A stretch of DNA of 39,509 nt, taken from NCBI GenBank assembly GCA_032718475.1, contig JAUCBJ010008946.1:1-39509 (forward strand). The letters are read 5' to 3'. This document shows, piece by piece, positions 34,211 to 39,509 of this stretch. The notes beneath the pieces are model-generated. The model was not told where the DNA came from. It searched no databases and saw nothing but the letters and a program-made list of their open reading frames with translations. A program made the translations under genes and the position numbers. Numbering within the stretch: position 1 is the first letter of the stretch; each line of letters starts with the position of its first letter. The DNA is from Nemertoderma westbladi. Taxonomy: Eukaryota; Animalia; Xenacoelomorpha.

Positions 34211-34970
34211 TGGCATTGGTACACCTTGGGTGGGTACCCGTAGTTTGACCAATTTTTTCATATAAAAAGGCTTTTATCAGGAGGTTTTTTTTCTATAACA
34301 AATATTTGACCTTCTGACAGTAGGATGGTAGCTAATGATTTTGATTTTGTGTTAGCTAGTACTTTTTTTTAGCTAATGAAAAAAAATTTAATTTGAAAAA
34401 ATTTTATAATTGTTTTCTTGTGAAAATGGCTATTATCATGATTTTTTTTGTTCTCGAACAAATATTTTACCTTTTGTCAGTAAGATGGTAGCTAGTATTT
34501 TTGATTTTGTGTTAGCTAGTACATTTTATACGATATTAAAAAAATAAAACTGTGTGTTTGTGTGTTATAAGTTCTAGATTTAAAATACTGCAGTTCTAAG
34601 AGGTCTACTAATCATTTAAAGTGACAATTTATTAAGACAATTTATTTATTAATTTATTAAATTAATAAGGGTTGTATGTATGTATGATTCCTGGACTTCC
34701 TGGACTTTTTTCAGAAAATGTTCTAGAACAGAAAAATATGTTCTAGAACAAAAATATTTATCAAATTTGATAGCTAGCACATCTTCTATAACATTTATAA
34801 AAAAAATATCAAAAACTAGCTAGAATAAAAGATAAAAATGTGTTCTAGAACAAAAATATTTATCAAATGTGATAGAAAATATAATATAATATATACAAAT
34901 ATAATAAAAATAGCAAAAACTAGCTAGTATAAAAATCTGGTCAATGGGTACCCAAGGTGTACCAATGCCA
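34211..34970. mobile_element. MITE (760 bp), possibly Sola-type
   Basis: 21-bp perfect TIR TGGCATTGGTACACCTTGGGT / ACCCAAGGTGTACCAATGCCA. Flanks TGAT and CGAT fit a 4-bp TSD with one transition. Internal GTAGCTAG and GTTCTAGAAC motifs. Superfamily is inference. Confidence 0.85.
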
Positions 34971-35035
34971 CGATTACCATCTCACATTCTTACGAAAGCT
35001 TTGTACTACTTGATTATTGGGAAAATACACACCGC

Positions 35036-36079
35036 GGTACTACTATGTTATGGGTACCCACTTTTTGACCGTTTATTTGACCACGTTAATGTCTATTATC
35101 TTGAGATTTTTTGTTTTAGAACATTAATGTCATCTTCTGTTAGACGTTAGCTATTGTTTTTTTTATGGTAGCTAGTGATTTCTTTTAGGTAGCTACTGTT
35201 TTTAAAATTACAAAACCAAATTTTTGGTACCTAATTTTTGATCAATTTTTTTACCATATTATTGGATATATATTACATATTGGTTACATATTGGTTACAT
35301 ATTATTTTTTATTAAGGTAGCTAGTGATCTTAAAATTACAAAATAATATTTTGGACCATGTTAATGGATATTATCAAGATGGTTTTTTGTTCTAGAACAT
35401 AAATTATTTCACCTTCTGAGAGAGGTTAGTATGGTAGCTAGTGTTTTTAAAGGTAGATAGTGATCTTAAAATTACAAAAGAAATTTTGTAGTGCCCCTTT
35501 TATTTAGACAAATGACTAATAAAAAGATAAATAAATCCAGTAATAAGTAAAATAGGCATAAATAAGTAAAATATGTAAAAACTCTATTTTTGACATCTGC
35601 CTATATTTTGTATAAAAAACATTAAAAACAAACAATTACTTGCTACTTTGACTATCAAATAAAAATTACTAGCTGCCATCACTCATTAATTATTCCATGC
35701 AAATATATAATTGAGAATTAAATTACCGGTATATCTTACATTTACTAGCTAATAAATAGTACTAGCTAACACAAAATTAAAAGTACTAGCTACCATCTTA
35801 CTGTCAGAAGGTCAAATATTTGTTCTAGATAAAAAACCTCATAATAAAATATATTTTTACAAGAAAAAAGTTGGTCAATTTTTTTTTCAATTTTTCAGTT
35901 ATAATTTTTTTCACTAGCTAATAAAAAGTACTAGCTATAACACAAAATCAAAATTACTAGCTACCATCGTACTGGCAGAAGGTTAAATATTTGTTCTAGA
36001 ACAAAAAACCTCACGATAAAAGCCATTTTCATATGAAAAAATTTGTTTAAAAATTGGGTACCCATAACATAGTAGTACC
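35036..36079. mobile_element. MITE (about 1.04 kb) related to 34211-34970
   Basis: 25-bp perfect TIR GGTACTACTATGTTATGGGTACCCA / TGGGTACCCATAACATAGTAGTACC. Shares GGGTACCC, GGTAGCTAG, TTCTAGAAC and caaatatttgaccttctgacagta modules with the neighbouring MITE. Confidence 0.85.
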
Positions 36080-36333
36080 CACACAGATTGATAAGGAAAT
36101 TACATAAGGAAATCATTATGGATGAAATTGAAATCCTTTACGGTAGGCTTATTCTCTCCAAAATTAGCAGGCCTACAGTACACAAATGGGGGTTAAGTTT
36201 AGCTACTTCCATCTCAGTTCTACCTTGCGTAGCAGCGTTTTATATATATAGTTTTTTTTAGTACAATCAATAATTACTAGCTAGTATAATCTCATAATAT
36301 TTCACAATCTTGAATAAATTAATGTTTGAAATA

Positions 36334-38220
36334 CAGGGTGTCCCATAAAATTTGTTACTACTTTGAATTTATATAACTCCCACGTATGTTGGATAAAATA
36401 TAAGTTTTTTATATCAAATTAAAGCCAATATTCTAACTTAGATTTTGGTCCGTGTTTGGAGTCACAACGTTGTTATGGAAACAAAATACAGCCAATTGAA
36501 TTCAAAAGCCAGATTTTATACATTCGTAAGTGAAGCTTCGAGGCCGTTTAAATAGGTAATGCGCTATTTGGACGATACATGGTCATGAACATTGCTTGTT
36601 TGTTATGAAAGGTTAAAATTCGAGGAACGTTGGTCATAAAGTGTATTTATTTTTGGTTATTTATTTTATTACAATTTATTTTGTGCCAATATTCAACATA
36701 CTAACTAATCTGACAAACAAATAAAGTATACAATCAATGCAATACTGTATGTATGCATACACACACTAGCATTAAATAATAAATAATGCCTGTGACGATA
36801 TAATAAACCTGGAATAATTGTAATGTACTTGTAATGTAATTGAATCTAAGAGTTAGATTAGACACTAGAAGTTTAATGCTATTATTGTACCGGTATCTAC
36901 TTTGTAAATCTCTATGTGGCCACCTCCTATTTCCTGCACTTTTTCTAGTCTACTCATCATTTCTGCAAAGGATCTCTGAAGATGGGCTTTCGGTATTCCG
37001 TTGAAGGCTTCAGTAATAGCAGGACGAAGTTGGGCCAAGGATTCAATCGGTTGGCTATAAACTAAGTTCTTAATGTGGCCCCATAAATAGAAATCGCAAG
37101 GTGTCAGGTCCGGGGAGCGTGGTGGCCACAGCACTGGTCCATCTCTGCCAATCCAATGTCCGTTAAAATGACAGTCCAAATAATTCCTAACGATAAGCCC
37201 CCAGTGTGGCGGTGCACCATCTTGCTGGAACACAATATCGCTATGATGGATTCCTAACCGAGGAACAAAAAATGAAGATATCAAATCTAAATAACTGGCA
37301 CTTGTGACAGTTGGTGTATCAAAAAAGTATGGACCAATTAATCGTGTGCGAGACATAGCTGCCCATACAGTGACCTTTGGTGAGTCGCGAGATTTTTCAG
37401 CGATTGAGTGTGGGTTTTCCTTTCCCCAAATCCGAGAATTCCATCTATTTACTTGTCCATTGACATGAAAGGTAGACTCATCACTAAAGAATACCTTGGA
37501 TAAGTCCTTAGATTCTAGAAAGTTCAATATCTGGGCCGCATTATTGACACGTCTGGTGTAGTCGTTTTGTTGAATTGCATGTAGGAGCTGAATTTTGTAA
37601 GATTTAAATTTGAGTTTCTTAATAACTCTTTGAATACTGCTACGACTGTAGCTTAATGATAGTGATGCCCGCCTCAGTGATGTCTTGGGATTCTGGATAA
37701 AATGGGCCTCAATGATTTCTCTTGAAACACGAATGCGTCTTCCTGACCCCTTTTTTCTGGTGAAACCGAATTCGGATGAAAGTTTTTTCACGAATCTTAA
37801 AATTTCAGCGTTTTTAGGAAGACGCTGATTTGGAAATTTGTGTCCAAATGCACTAGCTGTCAGTTTGGGCGACTTAGTTTCAAAATACGTTTTTACAATA
37901 AAAACTTTCTCTTCACCAGAGAACATGGTTCCAACTTAAAACACAAGAGTGAACCAAAATGGTAGCTAGTCTTATTTCCATAGCAACACTAACTTTCTCA
38001 TAAAATAAATACCCGCAAAAGACTAGAACATGCACCTACGAATGTATAAAATCTGGCTTTTGAATTCAATTGGCTGTATTTTGTTTCCATGACAACGTTG
38101 TGATTCCAAACACAGACCAAAATCTAAGTTAGAATATTGGCTTTAAATTGATATAAAAAACTTATATTTTATCCAACATACGTGGGAGTTATATAAATTC
38201 AAAGTAGTAACAAATTTTAT
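36334..38220 (-). mobile_element. Tc1/mariner DD41D (rosa/Visitor) transposon with long TIRs
   Basis: TA|CAGGGTGTCCC terminus at 36334. TIR of about 195 bp (36334-36528) is mirrored at 38037-38220 with few mismatches. The right copy lacks its terminal 11 bp and TA. Confidence 0.93.
36865..37926 (-). CDS. DD41D Tc1/mariner transposase (353 aa, intact ORF)
   Basis: N-terminal HTH (DUF4817-like), FSDES, FQQDGAPPH, WPPRSPDLTPCDFYLWG; 41 residues between the second and third catalytic Asp. Confidence 0.95.
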   Translation of the reverse strand: MFSGEEKVFIVKTYFETKSPKLTASAFGHKFPNQRLPKNAEILRFVKKLSSEFGFTRKKGSGRRIRVSREIIEAHFIQNPKTSLRRASLSLSYSRSSIQRVIKKLKFKSYKIQLLHAIQQNDYTRRVNNAAQILNFLESKDLSKVFFSDESTFHVNGQVNRWNSRIWGKENPHSIAEKSRDSPKVTVWAAMSRTRLIGPYFFDTPTVTSASYLDLISSFFVPRLGIHHSDIVFQQDGAPPHWGLIVRNYLDCHFNGHWIGRDGPVLWPPRSPDLTPCDFYLWGHIKNLVYSQPIESLAQLRPAITEAFNGIPKAHLQRSFAEMMSRLEKVQEIGGGHIEIYKVDTGTIIALNF

Positions 38221-38641
38221 AACATCAAAATTATTATTCCTTCATTATTATCAATTCAATTATTATATCAATTACCTCAAAAAATCAGGATTATACGGAT
38301 ATAATAATACTGGTTTGTTGCACCAGTAATGTGTAAACAAAAAACGAGAATTAATGATAAACAGAGATTATCGTTTAAACAACTGATCAACATTTTTGAC
38401 AAACATACGATTAGGATTGTTTTACTATAATCTAATACGTTAGGCCTACTCAAATACTCTTACTCTTACAAATACTATTAATACAGTAATTATAATAGAA
38501 CAACAAACTGACAAACCTTAGGCCTACCGTATTATTTTATTTTTTCTTGTACTAATGTACAATGCCATAACTAGGATTAGTAGGCTTCCATGTAAATTTA
38601 GAAATAAATGATTAATATTGACTTGCGGCGAGGTTTTCGAT

Positions 38642-39300
38642 TATTTGCGACGAAATGGCATTTGCAGTGAGACCACCTCGCCGCAAAGACACCTCGCCGC
38701 ACATTATCTAGTAAGTTTATGCTTCTACCAGTCTTGCAGTCTACAAGACAGGTCTACACATTCTGACTTTTTTTTTAACAATTCGCTATCACCAGCATCA
38801 CCTGCTTGGCATTGACAGTCGGGGAGAAGTTATATTTTCGCCTGAGTTGAAAATTCAACTTTCAGTCTTTATTTTTCAGTTTTTTTTAAATTCAACTTTT
38901 TATTAACCCTTCCCCGGTATGGTAAAAAATTATCCTTCACTGGTAAAATGGGGTATTTTTATACCCCAAATTGATAAAGACATTTTAAGTAACATTAAAC
39001 AGAAAAACAATTTCAATTCCCCTCCCAGAATTTACCAAATAGTGAAAAAATAATTGGGAATTTTTTTTTCAATTTGGTTGAAGTCTACCCAACGCTCAAT
39101 GCCACAAAAGTTATCCCACTACAATCGCGATCATCGTTAACATCGCGATGGGGCGGTTTGTTTGTAACAAGATACTATCATAGCGAAGCATTAGCTGTGA
39201 GAGTGTTTTCTCATTTTAGGTTTTTTTTTCACCTCGCCGCAGATAATGTGCGGCGAGGTGACCAGCCAGCATCCAACTATAAACGCGAGCGAAGTGAGCA
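38642..39300. repeat. CACCTCGCCGCA repeat/palindrome cluster, likely a non-autonomous DNA transposon remnant
   Basis: TGCGGCGAGGT at about 38644, CACCTCGCCGCA at about 38674 and 38690, and a perfect hairpin CACCTCGCCGCA-GATAATG-TGCGGCGAGGTG at 39230-39260. 38690-38709 is the reverse complement of 39241-39260. Confidence 0.7.
38903..39000 (+). mobile_element. piggyBac-like element terminus (fragment)
   Basis: TTAA|CCCTTCCCCGG followed by the subterminal palindrome TGGGGTATTTTTATACCCCA. A second TTAA|CCCTATTAGTACC starts at 39465 and runs out of the window. Partner ends not seen. Confidence 0.45.
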
Positions 39301-39509
39301 AAAATTGTTAACTCTTTTTAAACATAGTGATATAATTTCAAGTAGAGTGGATATGTTGCCAGTGCATGCATGCATTGCTACAGTTACATGACATTCATCT
39401 GTCCATATGCGTGCCAGGATCCTCAATGCGCACCACACGACCCTGTTGCTCCGCGCCAGGATCCTTAACCCTATTAGTACCGGGCTATAAAATGTTGTAC
39501 AAATACCGG

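Overview
AT-rich eukaryotic (most likely invertebrate animal) genomic DNA made almost entirely of nested transposable elements. The centrepiece is a young 11.9-kb BEL/Pao LTR retrotransposon (4780-16694) with two 1233-bp LTRs differing at about 4 positions and a 5-bp TSD (GCGAT), inserted into a minus-strand RTE-clade LINE. Its intact 1371-aa ORF keeps Gag and protease but has lost RT, most of RNase H and integrase through two in-frame deletions. It has no recognisable tRNA primer-binding site. Its 3' region carries structured-RNA-like elements and a degenerate zinc-knuckle accessory ORF. Also present: a C-rich minisatellite bracketed by inverted repeats, a hAT MITE, a tRNA-derived SINE, a decayed piggyBac transposase head-to-head with a decayed HMGXB3/CxC4-like (KDZ-associated) gene, a Crypton tyrosine-recombinase pseudogene, two related MITEs, a DD41D (rosa/Visitor) Tc1/mariner element with an intact transposase, and one probable terminal exon of a host gene. 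All calls come from reading the sequence and motif recall; no searches were run.
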